Sequence record: SRR31156797_3442
DNA: 51,877 nucleotides
Direction: 5' to 3' (one strand)
The first letter of the stretch is position 1; each line of letters begins with the position of its first letter. The translations under genes and the position numbers were made by a program. Shown piece by piece: positions 1 to 10,090 of this stretch. Below the pieces are notes generated by a model. The model ran no database searches. It was not told where the DNA came from and saw only the letters and a list, made by a program, of their open reading frames with translations.

Positions 1-5
1 ATATT

Positions 6-91
6 TTCGAGGGTTAACCCTCGAATTTCCTTTGGAAATTCGGCTCTGACGGGCTTTTGGCCCGCAGAGTGAAAAATTCATAAATTTTTCA
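6..91. repeat. Four back-to-back inverted repeats/hairpins
   Basis: TTCGAGGGTTAACCCTCGAA (6-25, perfect palindrome); CGAATTTCC-TTT-GGAAATTCG (22-42); CTCTG-A-CGGGC-TTTTG-GCCCG-CAGAG (44-69); TGAAAAATT-CATA-AATTTTTCA (70-91). Confidence 0.7.
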
Positions 92-134
92 GGTTAAATT
101 TAAATGACACATAAATTAAAAGTTTTGATGCCAC

Positions 135-836
135 ATGAAGACAGCAAAAATTAGTGTTATCATCCCGGTTTACAATGCCGAAAAGTACCTGGCTGAATCC
201 ATCCGGTCGGTACTTGACCAAACCCTAAAACCAACAGAGATCATTGTTGTGGATGATTGCTCCACAGATAAAAGTTTATCCGTTGCGAAAACATTTGGCG
301 AAACCGTTGCCATAATCCAACATGAAAATAATAAGGGTTGCGGGGCAGCCAGAAACACCGGTGTTTCTAAAGCCCGTGGTGATTTTTTGGCCTTTTTGGA
401 TGCTGATGACTTGTGGCCGTCGGAAAAACTGGAAAAACAATTGGAATTTCTAAACCACCATACTGAAACGGATATGGTGCTCGGAAATGTTGAGCAATTC
501 ATCAGTCCCGAACTACCACCCGCACACCAGAACAAACTCAAGCCTGAGCTTACAAAAATGCCCGGTTATGTTGCCGGTACCTTACTGCTAAAAACGAATA
601 CCTTTAATAAAGTTGGGGAATTCAATGAAAAACTCGAGCTTGGTGAGTTTATCGATTGGTTTGATCGTGCAAAACACACCGGTATTTCATTTTATGTAAT
701 GGATCAGGTTTTGCTTAAACGAAGAATTCATACAACCAATATGGGTGTTTACAAAAAACAACATTTAAAAGATTACACCAGTGTGCTCCGCGAAGCTCTG
801 GCCAGAAAAAGAAATGCAGAACAAAAGAATAATTAA
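135..836 (+). CDS. Glycosyltransferase family 2 (GT-A fold)
   Basis: ISVIIPVYNAEKYL, IIVVDDCSTD, GAARNTG and FLAFLDADD (DxD) motifs. Confidence 0.93.
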   Translation: MKTAKISVIIPVYNAEKYLAESIRSVLDQTLKPTEIIVVDDCSTDKSLSVAKTFGETVAIIQHENNKGCGAARNTGVSKARGDFLAFLDADDLWPSEKLEKQLEFLNHHTETDMVLGNVEQFISPELPPAHQNKLKPELTKMPGYVAGTLLLKTNTFNKVGEFNEKLELGEFIDWFDRAKHTGISFYVMDQVLLKRRIHTTNMGVYKKQHLKDYTSVLREALARKRNAEQKNN

Positions 837-1553
837 ATGGGTAATCTGCAAACCAGGTTTGTTGTTTTTGGTCAAAGCCGTTCGGGCAGTACGCTGTTGG
901 TTGAATTACTCAACAGCCATCCGGATATTTACTGTGATGGAGAAATATTCAACCGGTTGGAACTTTTCCCAAGTTTCAGCCCCATTCAGTGGTTTTTCAG
1001 GCAAAATCCCAGCTTGCACGTACGGCGGAAAATGAGACTGGCAAAGTGCCCGGTTTATGGTTTTAAATTTTTCTTTTTCCAGGTGTATCAACCAAAACAG
1101 TTTTTACAATGGCTGGTAGCCAACAATTGGAAAATCATTCATGTGCAACGCGAAAATATTTTACAGCAGTCAATCTCCAATATTGTAGCCACGCAAACCA
1201 ATTATTGGCACCGCCGGGATGAAGAATCAAACCCCAGTAATTCCATTTTTATTAAGCCTGAAAGATTACTTCAGGTTTTAAACAATCGCAGTCGCTGGAA
1301 ATTCAAAGAAAAAAACCTGCTACAGAATTATGACCATATTACTATAAAATACGAAGCGCATCTGGCAGATAAAAGCCATTGGAAAACAGTTTCCGAAAAA
1401 GCATTTACATATCTTGGCCTGGAGCCCGTTGATGTAGAGACAACCCTGAAACCAACCTATAAAAAACCTTATTCGGACATCATCAGCAATTATCAAGAGT
1501 TATTGGAAATCGTAAAAAAAAGTGAATTTGCACACCTGCTGGATCAGGTATAG
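837..1553 (+). CDS. Sulfotransferase, Stf0-like (paralog 1)
   Basis: 5'-PSB-like GQSRSGSTLL, LNSHPDI, GFK, and 3'-PB-like HVQRENILQQSIS; ATG directly follows the GT2 stop (TAAATG). Confidence 0.85.
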   Translation: MGNLQTRFVVFGQSRSGSTLLVELLNSHPDIYCDGEIFNRLELFPSFSPIQWFFRQNPSLHVRRKMRLAKCPVYGFKFFFFQVYQPKQFLQWLVANNWKIIHVQRENILQQSISNIVATQTNYWHRRDEESNPSNSIFIKPERLLQVLNNRSRWKFKEKNLLQNYDHITIKYEAHLADKSHWKTVSEKAFTYLGLEPVDVETTLKPTYKKPYSDIISNYQELLEIVKKSEFAHLLDQV

Positions 1554-1573
1554 TTGAACGCAACTTTTGAATA

Positions 1574-2311
1574 ATGAAATCAAAAGATCAAAAAATAACT
1601 GGATTCGTGATTTTCGGGCAGGGCCGTTCGGGAAGTAACTTGCTGCGAACGCTCATTAACAGCCACCCTCAATTGTATTGCGACAAGGAGTTGTTTAACC
1701 CCAACCGGCTGACAAGAGAAAAACCAATTTTAAAATATTTCATCAGGCTTTTCCCTCATACTTACATTTTATCGAATCGTAAAAAAGCGGGTATTGAAGC
1801 GTATGGCTTCAAGCTATTCATTTTTCACTTAAACCGCGTAAATAGAGTTATTGAAACATTACATAAGAATGGCTGGAAAATCATCCACATTAAGCGTGAA
1901 AACACGCTAAAGCAGGTTTTTTCAGGTTTGGTCGGAAATATAACCGGAAAATACATTCGTAAAAACCAAACTCCTGTGCCAACAGAAACCTACACTCTTG
2001 AGCCGTATAAAATAGTCAGGGCCCTGAAGAAACGGAAAAATGCACTGGATCAGGAAAAAACCATCCTTGATAAAATTCCACATTTAACGGTAACTTACGA
2101 AACGGATCTTAAAAATCAGGAACTCTGGCAGCAAACCTGTATCAGGGTTTACAATTTCCTGGGGCTAAAACCGGTGGAGGTGCGCAGTAAAAACCTGGTA
2201 AGTGATCCGAGACCCGATAATGAGCGGATCAAAAACTTTGATGAAATATTGGATTATCTTCGAAAAAACGGTTTTGAAAAAGAGGTGGAAAACTATTTTA
2301 AATGGTTGTAA
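1574..2311 (+). CDS. Sulfotransferase, Stf0-like (paralog 2)
   Basis: GQGRSGSNLL, INSHPQL, YGFKL, IHIKRENTLKQVFS and VTYETDL motifs. Confidence 0.85.
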   Translation: MKSKDQKITGFVIFGQGRSGSNLLRTLINSHPQLYCDKELFNPNRLTREKPILKYFIRLFPHTYILSNRKKAGIEAYGFKLFIFHLNRVNRVIETLHKNGWKIIHIKRENTLKQVFSGLVGNITGKYIRKNQTPVPTETYTLEPYKIVRALKKRKNALDQEKTILDKIPHLTVTYETDLKNQELWQQTCIRVYNFLGLKPVEVRSKNLVSDPRPDNERIKNFDEILDYLRKNGFEKEVENYFKWL

Positions 2312-2322
2312 AAAAGAAGTAA

Positions 2323-3009
2323 ATGGCTGCACAAACGAAATTTATCATTTTTGGCCAGGGCCGTTCAGGTACTACGCTGCTTAAGCAACTTATCGATTCA
2401 CATCCTGCTATTACTTGTGATGGTGAGCTGCTGAATATGAAGGATGGCTACATCACCAATAAATATTTCCTGAAAGTTGCTTATCGTATACCAATACCTT
2501 ATTTCAGCCTGAAGGCATCACATACAAAAACATCATGCTATGGCTTTACCCTGCTTTATCACCAGTGCCGTAATCCCAATCAGTTAATTAAAAACCTTTA
2601 TCATTCCGGATGGAAAATTATTAATCTCTGCCGCGATAACACAATGGAGCAGGTCCTTTCTTACCTTGTGGCGTTTCAAACAAATAACTGGCATAGCTGG
2701 CAAGGCAAACAAAGCCCGGTACAAAAAATTCATGTTGATTCTGATCTGTTTTTGCAAAGAGTGGATATGCTGACTCGTGTTAAGGAAAACGAACAAAATC
2801 TCATGCAAAAGTATAATCATGCAAAAGTCAATTACGAATCAGATTTAGCCGATGAAACTTTATGGCAATCAACTGCCGACAGAATCTTCGGTTTTTTAGG
2901 TTTGGATTCACATCCGGTTGTTGCTACTTTGAAAAAAACCTACCCAAAACCCTATTCAGAAATTATTGAAAATTATGATGATCTAATCCATATGGTGGAG
3001 AAGTATTGA
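2323..3009 (+). CDS. Sulfotransferase, Stf0-like (paralog 3)
   Basis: GQGRSGTTLL, IDSHPAI, NLCRDNTMEQVLS and VNYESDL; C-terminus resembles paralog 1 (LKKTYPKPYSEIIENY). Confidence 0.85.
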   Translation: MAAQTKFIIFGQGRSGTTLLKQLIDSHPAITCDGELLNMKDGYITNKYFLKVAYRIPIPYFSLKASHTKTSCYGFTLLYHQCRNPNQLIKNLYHSGWKIINLCRDNTMEQVLSYLVAFQTNNWHSWQGKQSPVQKIHVDSDLFLQRVDMLTRVKENEQNLMQKYNHAKVNYESDLADETLWQSTADRIFGFLGLDSHPVVATLKKTYPKPYSEIIENYDDLIHMVEKY

Positions 3010-3065
3010 AGAAGGTGTAACCATCTTTCTGCGCCCCTGATCAGGTATTTCATCAACCGGTAGTT

Positions 3066-4121
3066 CTAATTCATGTTTTTATAACCCTCATGTATGATCC
3101 TTAGCCCTTTGATATCTAGCCCTGTCCAGTTTTTTGATTTTCTTTTTACTTTCGTTTTATCTTTATAAAAAAGTGCTTTGAATATCATTTTTGCCAACAA
3201 AATCCTTTGTTTGCGGAATTTTTTGATGTATTGCTCAACCAGCCAAAAATCTATACCAAAACTTTTTAATGTTTCCTTAGCCTCAACCGGTGTTCTTGTT
3301 TCAGGATATTCTGTAATCCTGGAATACCTCACATTCCCAAGGTGATTGGTCACGATAACATGTTTCCCTGGCTCATTAATTCGGAATATATGCTTTTTCA
3401 AATCAATTTTACTTAAAAACATCTGTGCGTTTTTATCTATGTGTTGATTTGTAAAAATTTCTTTAGTGCTTTCAAGACCTTTTTCAGATTCCGTTGATTT
3501 CAAGAATGCAACAAGTTTTGCGTGCCTGAACAACATGACATTGGATTCAAAATCAGGATATTTAGCAAACACGGACATGGTGGAATGTGCAATGGCTGAA
3601 TTTTTTCTTGTCCATGGTTTAAAATATCCGAAAGGCGCTTTCGATGAAAAGAAAAAATCCCACTGTAAAGTTTCATCGGTTGAGAAAATGCCAAACCGGA
3701 TGCTTTTGGAAATGAGCTCTTTAACCTCAACTTGTATTTGGTGGGTGAAATTCTTAAAGATTGCATCATCACCATCCAACCGACTAGTAATTAAATATTT
3801 AGTGTTTTCGTAAATAAATGGCTTCATCCATTTCGTTGAGTTTAGCACTTTTCTGCCCGGATATTCATATAGAAAAACGTTGTTGATTCCTGAGGTAATC
3901 TGAAGAAGTTTTTCCCTGTACTTTTTCCTGAGTTTCTTGTCGATGATAATGATCCATGTAAAATTTTTTTCTTTTTGCGCCATTAAACTGGGAACTGTTA
4001 TCATTTTAAACATCATCAACCGATGTTCTAACAATTTGGGATTTAGTGGGTTTTGATCATTAAAAATCGAATAGCTCTCACGCTTATAGCTGAATGGAGT
4101 TAAAATGATTTGCTGAATCAT
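3066..4121 (-). CDS. Putative rhamnosyltransferase-like glycosyltransferase
   Basis: RLMMFKMITVPSLMAQKEKNFTWIIIID and ITSRLDGDDAI motifs typical of the putative rhamnosyl transferase family; ATG at 4121 preferred over TTG at 4160. Confidence 0.7.
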   Translation of the reverse strand: MIQQIILTPFSYKRESYSIFNDQNPLNPKLLEHRLMMFKMITVPSLMAQKEKNFTWIIIIDKKLRKKYREKLLQITSGINNVFLYEYPGRKVLNSTKWMKPFIYENTKYLITSRLDGDDAIFKNFTHQIQVEVKELISKSIRFGIFSTDETLQWDFFFSSKAPFGYFKPWTRKNSAIAHSTMSVFAKYPDFESNVMLFRHAKLVAFLKSTESEKGLESTKEIFTNQHIDKNAQMFLSKIDLKKHIFRINEPGKHVIVTNHLGNVRYSRITEYPETRTPVEAKETLKSFGIDFWLVEQYIKKFRKQRILLAKMIFKALFYKDKTKVKRKSKNWTGLDIKGLRIIHEGYKNMN

Positions 4122-4276
4122 GTGCCTGATCTTTGAAAACCCTGAAATTAAACAAAACAATCAAAATGGGTTTAATTGCTTTTGATTATATTTATGCTCC
4201 TTTCAAAACAACATTCCTGAAACCTAAGTTATTTAGAATGGTTTGCAATAACCTGTAATTACAGATAAGATAATTA

Positions 4277-4284
4277 TACCTTTG
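4277..4284 (+). promoter_or_regulatory. Bacteroidota sigma70 -7 element (TACCTTTG)
   Basis: Matches TAnnTTTG about 75 nt upstream of the DUF4175-like gene. Confidence 0.6.
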
Positions 4285-4359
4285 TCCACGCAAATCCAAT
4301 AATAATAAACTGATTCATTGCGTTTTCTGTAGCTCAAGACATCAAATGTAACTTTGAAC

Positions 4360-7300
4360 ATGACTGACAATTATCAGATCCTCATAAATAAACTCGATGC
4401 TTTTATCCGGAAATTCTATAAAAACCAGATAATCAGAGGTTTAATATATAGTGTGGCCGCATTGCTTATTTTCTTTCTTACCATAACTCTGGTAGAATAT
4501 TTTGCCTGGCTTGGTACAACCGGTAGGACTATTATTTTTTACATGTATTTAGCAATCAGCATTTTAATCATATTTAAGCTGATAATAATTCCTGTTTTCA
4601 AACTGTTTAGGATCGGGAAAGTAATCTCTCACGAACAGGCAGCATCCATCATTGGAAAGCATTTTGCTGATGTTGAGGATAAACTCTTAAACACCCTGCA
4701 ATTAAGGGCGTTAAGTATCTCGGCAGCGGATTCATCCTTGATCAACGCCAGTATCGATCAGCGCATTGCCGGATTGAAACCGGTTCCTTTCAGCAACGCT
4801 ATCGATCTGAAAACCAACAGGAAGTATCTCAAATACGCCATTCCTCCTATGGTAATTATTGTTGCTTTTCTATTGGGAGCACCAAACATCATTACCGAGC
4901 CGACTAGCAGGATCATCAACCACAACAACCACTACGAAAAAGCAGCCCCGTTTACATTTATACTCGAAAACGAAAATCTACAAGCTATTCAGCAGGATGA
5001 TTACCAGGTAAACCTGAAAATTGAAGGTGAGAGCGTTCCGGAATCCGTGGTGATTTATAATGGATCAACGCCTTTCAGGATGAAAAAGAAAAACAATATC
5101 CAATATAGCTATACCTTTAGAAACCTGCAGCAAGATGTGAATTTCATGTTTGAATCTGAGGGATTCTCTTCGGAGACATATGTTTTAAAGGTTCTCCCCC
5201 GACCCATCATCCTGAATTTCGAATCAGAGCTAACGTTTCCTGCCTATACAAAAAAGAAAGCAGAAGTGCTAAATAATACCGGAGATTTAGTGATTCCGGA
5301 AGGTACGGAAATCAAATGGGTTTTCAATACCCGTGATACCAGAGATGTGAACATGCGCTTTGCGGATACGCTGGTTGCATTAAACAATCAAAATGATGAC
5401 TCCTTTGCTTTTAGAAACAGATTTTACAAAAGCCAGCCCTACTCCGTAACAACAAAAAACCAGTTTTTATCCAATAAAGATTCTCTCCAGTTTGCAATCA
5501 GCGTAATTCCGGATGTCTATCCAACGATTAGTATTGAAGAGTTCGCTGATTCTGTATCTACAGACAGGATATATTTCAGGGGTTTCATCAAAGATGACTG
5601 GGGGTTTAGCAGGTTGTCCTTTTATTTTAAGCATGCTGATCGGGATATCCCTGAACAAAACAGGAAGCTTCAACGAGAAAATCTGACTATCCAGAAAAAC
5701 GTAAATCAACAACAGTTTTTTCACTATTTCGATATTGCTTCTCTGGAACTAAAAGCAGGTGAGGAAGTTGAATATTATTTTGAAGTATGGGATAATGATG
5801 GTGTAAATGGAAGCAAATCTACCAGGTCACAAAAAATGATCTATCAGGCCCCCTCACTCGAAGAAATTGAAGAAAAGGCTGAAGCCACCAGCAGGGAAGT
5901 AAAAAGCGATATGGAAAATGCCCTGAAAGATCTTCAAATGCTTCAAAAAGATATTGATGAGCTGAACAAAAATATGTTCGAAAAAAAGTCGCTCAACTGG
6001 CAGGATAAGCAGCAGATTGAGGATTTATTAAATCGTCACAAATCCATCCAGAAAAACATAGAAAATCTCCAGGAACAGAATAAACAAAAGATGGAGGAGC
6101 AGGAAAAATACGAGCAGGTTGATGAAGAATTGCTGGAAAAACAGAAGGAGCTTCAGGAAATGATGGAAGACCTTTTGACCGATGAAATGAAGGAAATGAT
6201 GGAAGAAATTCAGAAACTACTGGAAGAGTTAGACAAGGATAAAGTAAGTGAAATGATGGAGGAGATGAAGATGAGTAATGAGGATTTGGAAGAACAACTC
6301 GACCGGAACCTTGAACTGTTCAAACAGCTTGAGTTTGAGCAAAAACTTCAGGAGGCCATCGACAAGCTTAAAGAACTCGCGGAGGAACAGGAAGAACTTT
6401 CAGATGAGACCAAACAAGACGAATCCGGGGAAAATAGTGAAGCTTTAAAAGATAAGCAGGAAGATCTTAATGAAAAATTTGATGAGCTGAGACAGGAAAT
6501 GGACGAGCTCGAGAAGAAAAATGAGGAACTGGAAAATCCAAATAATATGGAAAACACCGATTCCCAGGAGGAGAGTATTGAAGAATCTATGGAACAAAGC
6601 AGCGATCAACTTGATCAAAAGCAAAATTCAAAAGCCTCCGAAAGTCAACAAGATGCGTCTCAGAAAATGCAGGAATTATCTGAACAAATGCAGCAGATGA
6701 TGGATTCGATGATGATGGAACAAATGGGAGAGGACATTAATACACTCAGGGAAATACTTGAAAATCTAATCCAGATTTCATTCGATCAGGAAGATTTGAT
6801 CGCCTACTACGCTGATGTGAATACCAACGATCCCAAATATACCGAATACATCAAGGAGCAGCAAAACCTCCAGGATGACATGCAAATTATTGCCGATTCC
6901 CTAAAAGCCCTGGCTAAACGTCAAATGATGATCAAACCATTTGTGATGAAAGAACTTGGAGCAATCGATAAAAATATAGAGCAGTCGCTTGAACAAATGG
7001 AAAAACGCAGAAAAAGCCGGGCACTCCAAACACAGCAATTAACGATGACCTCCATGAACAATCTTGCTCTTTTGTTGGGAGAGTCACTGGATCAGATGCA
7101 ACAACAAATGATGTCGATGCAGGCTTCCGGACAATCATCCTGTAATAAACCCGGAAAGCCCGGAGGATCGAAACAAATGAAATCGATGCGCGGCCTCCAG
7201 GAACAATTGAACCAACAGCTTCAACAGTTGCGTGATGGAAAAAAACCAGGCAAGCAAGGAAACAAGGGCCAGTCGATGAGTGAACAATTGGCAAGAATGG

Positions 7301-7698
7301 CAGCCCAGCAAGCAGCTATCCGCCGAAAAATGGAAGAGTTCCGGGAACAATTGAAGGAAGAAGGCCGGTTGAGTGATGGCAATGTTTCAAAGATGATCGA
7401 CGACATGGAAAAAACCGAAAAGGATATAGTTAACGACAAGATTTCCGGTGAGACCATGAAACGCCAACAGGAAATTCTCACCCGCCTGCTTAAATCAGAA
7501 AAGGCAGAACAGCAGCGTGAAGAAGAACAAAGAAGAGAATCTCAGGAAGCTAAAAATTATAAAACAAGTAACCCGGATGAGTTTTTTGAATTCAATAAAA
7601 TCCGGAGCAGGGAAGTGGAGCTGTTGAAAACCCTTCCTCCTAACCTGAAACCTTTTTATAAAAACAAGGTCACCGAATATTTCTATCGGTTTGAGTAA
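4360..7698 (+). CDS. DUF4175-like membrane-anchored coiled-coil protein
   Basis: N-terminal TM segments, a central beta-rich region with the YYFEVWDNDGVNGSK motif, a long E/Q/M-rich coiled coil and C-terminal QQEILTRLL; lies upstream of ybeY-mnmG. Confidence 0.8.
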   Translation: MTDNYQILINKLDAFIRKFYKNQIIRGLIYSVAALLIFFLTITLVEYFAWLGTTGRTIIFYMYLAISILIIFKLIIIPVFKLFRIGKVISHEQAASIIGKHFADVEDKLLNTLQLRALSISAADSSLINASIDQRIAGLKPVPFSNAIDLKTNRKYLKYAIPPMVIIVAFLLGAPNIITEPTSRIINHNNHYEKAAPFTFILENENLQAIQQDDYQVNLKIEGESVPESVVIYNGSTPFRMKKKNNIQYSYTFRNLQQDVNFMFESEGFSSETYVLKVLPRPIILNFESELTFPAYTKKKAEVLNNTGDLVIPEGTEIKWVFNTRDTRDVNMRFADTLVALNNQNDDSFAFRNRFYKSQPYSVTTKNQFLSNKDSLQFAISVIPDVYPTISIEEFADSVSTDRIYFRGFIKDDWGFSRLSFYFKHADRDIPEQNRKLQRENLTIQKNVNQQQFFHYFDIASLELKAGEEVEYYFEVWDNDGVNGSKSTRSQKMIYQAPSLEEIEEKAEATSREVKSDMENALKDLQMLQKDIDELNKNMFEKKSLNWQDKQQIEDLLNRHKSIQKNIENLQEQNKQKMEEQEKYEQVDEELLEKQKELQEMMEDLLTDEMKEMMEEIQKLLEELDKDKVSEMMEEMKMSNEDLEEQLDRNLELFKQLEFEQKLQEAIDKLKELAEEQEELSDETKQDESGENSEALKDKQEDLNEKFDELRQEMDELEKKNEELENPNNMENTDSQEESIEESMEQSSDQLDQKQNSKASESQQDASQKMQELSEQMQQMMDSMMMEQMGEDINTLREILENLIQISFDQEDLIAYYADVNTNDPKYTEYIKEQQNLQDDMQIIADSLKALAKRQMMIKPFVMKELGAIDKNIEQSLEQMEKRRKSRALQTQQLTMTSMNNLALLLGESLDQMQQQMMSMQASGQSSCNKPGKPGGSKQMKSMRGLQEQLNQQLQQLRDGKKPGKQGNKGQSMSEQLARMAAQQAAIRRKMEEFREQLKEEGRLSDGNVSKMIDDMEKTEKDIVNDKISGETMKRQQEILTRLLKSEKAEQQREEEQRRESQEAKNYKTSNPDEFFEFNKIRSREVELLKTLPPNLKPFYKNKVTEYFYRFE

Positions 7699-7712
7699 TT
7701 TCTGATATCCTG

Positions 7713-8153
7713 ATGAACAACAATATTCAGTTTTTCATGGAGGAGGTATCCTACTCCATTAAGCAAAAAACCGAGCTCCGGCAATGGATTTCTATGTGTA
7801 TCAAAGTTGAAAAGCATAAGCCAGGCATCATTAATGTTATCTTGTGCAGTGATGCATACTTGCATAAAATGAATGTTGAATACCTGGATCATGATACATT
7901 TACAGATATTATCACATTTGATAATGCAATAGAAGGTGAAATTTCCGGTGATCTTTTTATCAGCCTGGACAGGATTAGAGAAAATGCCCGGCAATATTCA
8001 AGAAAGATGTCTGATGAATTGCATCGTGTAATCATACATGGCATTTTGCATTTGTGTGGTTATGGTGACAAAACAGATGAAGAAAAAACGAAAATGAGAG
8101 AAAGAGAAAACATTCATTTATCATACAGGTCTGATAAACTCAGCCATTCGTGA
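7713..8153 (+). CDS. ybeY: rRNA maturation endoribonuclease YbeY
   Basis: TDIITFD and [11 protein letters not shown] motifs (HxxxHxxGxDH-like zinc site), 146 aa. Confidence 0.93.
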   Translation: MNNNIQFFMEEVSYSIKQKTELRQWISMCIKVEKHKPGIINVILCSDAYLHKMNVEYLDHDTFTDIITFDNAIEGEISGDLFISLDRIRENARQYSRKMSDELHRVIIHGILHLCGYGDKTDEEKTKMRERENIHLSYRSDKLSHS

Positions 8154-8156
8154 GGA

Positions 8157-8172
8157 TGTTCCACGTGAAACA
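8157..8172. promoter_or_regulatory. parS centromere-like site (ParB binding)
   Basis: TGTTCCACGTGAAACA matches the parS consensus TGTTNCACGTGAAACA and abuts the mnmG ATG. Confidence 0.9.
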
Positions 8173-10056
8173 ATGAAGGAGATGTTTGAAAAATATGATG
8201 TAATTGTTGTGGGTGCCGGGCACTCAGGAAGCGAAGCCGCAGCGGCAGCAGCAAACATGGGATCGAAGACTTTGCTCATCACCATGAATTTGGGCAATAT
8301 TGCTCAGATGTCGTGCAACCCGGCAATGGGAGGAATTGCCAAAGGACAAATAGTGCGGGAGATTGACGCACTTGGAGGATACTCAGGGATAGTTACCGAC
8401 CACACACGGATCCAGTTCAGGATGCTGAACAAATCAAAAGGACCTGCCATGTGGAGCCCGCGTGCTCAAAGCGACCGGATGCTGTTTTCGATGAAATGGC
8501 GTGAAATGCTTGAACAAACACCGAACCTGGATTTTTGGCAGGATATGGTGGTTGACCTTATTGTTGAAGATAATCGCGTGATTGGAGTAAAAACATCCAT
8601 GGGACAGGAGATCTTTTCAAAATCGGTGGTCCTTACAAACGGTACTTTTTTGAATGGAACAATCCACATTGGTAAAAAGCAGTTTGGTGGTGGCAGGATA
8701 GGAGAGAAGGCATCAACCGGATTAACAGAATCACTGGTTAAACTCGGTTTTGAAGCTTCGCGAATGAAAACCGGAACACCGGTCCGTGTGGATGGCAGGA
8801 CCATAGATTTTTCCAAAATGGAAGAACAAAAAGGGGATGAGAATCCTAAGCGTTTTTCATTCACCGACACGCCAAACCTTACCAAACAGAGAAGCTGTTG
8901 GATTACTTACACCAATCCGGCAGTACATGATGCCTTAAAAGTTGGATTCCTGGATTCACCAATGTTCACCGGAAGAATAGATGGTGTTGGCCCAAGGTAT
9001 TGCCCCTCCATTGAAGATAAAATTGACCGGTTTTCCGACAAAACCAGCCACCAACTTTTTGTGGAACCCGAAGGTTGGAACACAGAAGAACATTATGTCA
9101 ATGGTTTTTCATCATCCCTACCCGATTATGTGCAATTTGAAGCGCTGAGAAAAATACCGGGTTTTGAAAATGCCAAGATTTTCCGACCTGGATACGCCAT
9201 TGAATACGATTACTTTCCTCCGGTTCAGTTGAAATTTTCACTCGAAACCAAGTTGGTCGAAAATTTGTTTTTTGCAGGACAAATTAATGGTACCACCGGT
9301 TATGAAGAAGCGGGCGCTCAGGGGTTGGTTGCCGGGATAAATGCACATTTAAAAATCAATGATAAGCCTGAATTCATTCTTTCGAGGTCTGATGCCTACA
9401 TCGGGGTACTGATCGACGATTTAATCACCAAAGGTGTTGATGAACCCTACCGGATGTTTACTTCAAGAGCCGAATACCGGATTTTACTCCGACAGGATAA
9501 TGCCGACATGCGTTTAACACCGCTTGGTCATGGCCTTGGTTTAATTAATGATGAAAGGGTTGAAAAAGTAAATCATAAATCAGAGGTTATTGAAGGCATC
9601 AGGAAGTTTTTGAAAAAAGAAAGTGTTTCCCCTGATGAGATAAACAGTTATCTGGAAAGTGTTGGTTCAAAACCACTGTCACAAAAAGTTAAGTTGGAAA
9701 GTCTCCTGCTTCGCCCTGAAATAGGTTTTGATGGGATGATTAAAAATGTTGCCACGTTATCCAATTTCATCGATTCATTGGAAAAAAAACACAAGCATGA
9801 AATTCTGGAGGAAACCGAAATACTTGTCAAATATGACAACTACATTCAAAAGGAACAGGAAATTGCCAACAAGATTGCCAAACTTGAAAACATAAATCTT
9901 CACGATAATTTTGATTACAAAAATTTGAAATCGCTTAGCTACGAAGCCAGGGAAAAGTTAAGTAAAATTCGTCCCAAAACCATCGGACAGGCATCCCGTA
10001 TCAGTGGGGTCAGTCCATCAGATATTTCTGTATTGGTGGTCTATCTTGGCAGGTAG
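8173..10056 (+). CDS. mnmG: tRNA uridine-5-carboxymethylaminomethyl modification enzyme MnmG (GidA)
   Basis: [11 protein letters not shown] motif, [32 protein letters not shown] and [10 protein letters not shown]; the start may be 8182. Confidence 0.98.
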   Translation: MKEMFEKYDVIVVGAGHSGSEAAAAAANMGSKTLLITMNLGNIAQMSCNPAMGGIAKGQIVREIDALGGYSGIVTDHTRIQFRMLNKSKGPAMWSPRAQSDRMLFSMKWREMLEQTPNLDFWQDMVVDLIVEDNRVIGVKTSMGQEIFSKSVVLTNGTFLNGTIHIGKKQFGGGRIGEKASTGLTESLVKLGFEASRMKTGTPVRVDGRTIDFSKMEEQKGDENPKRFSFTDTPNLTKQRSCWITYTNPAVHDALKVGFLDSPMFTGRIDGVGPRYCPSIEDKIDRFSDKTSHQLFVEPEGWNTEEHYVNGFSSSLPDYVQFEALRKIPGFENAKIFRPGYAIEYDYFPPVQLKFSLETKLVENLFFAGQINGTTGYEEAGAQGLVAGINAHLKINDKPEFILSRSDAYIGVLIDDLITKGVDEPYRMFTSRAEYRILLRQDNADMRLTPLGHGLGLINDERVEKVNHKSEVIEGIRKFLKKESVSPDEINSYLESVGSKPLSQKVKLESLLLRPEIGFDGMIKNVATLSNFIDSLEKKHKHEILEETEILVKYDNYIQKEQEIANKIAKLENINLHDNFDYKNLKSLSYEAREKLSKIRPKTIGQASRISGVSPSDISVLVVYLGR

Positions 10057-10061
10057 CATAT

Positions 10062-10077
10062 TGTTTCACGTGAAACA
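10062..10077. promoter_or_regulatory. parS centromere-like site (ParB binding)
   Basis: Perfect palindrome TGTTTCACGTGAAACA, 5 nt after the mnmG stop. Confidence 0.93.
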
Positions 10078-10090
10078 TTTATATAAAGAA

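Noticed and set aside
5860-7560. Tandem DNA repeats in the DUF4175-like gene
   Set aside because: The low complexity reflects E/Q/M-rich coiled-coil coding; no discrete nucleotide repeat unit was found.
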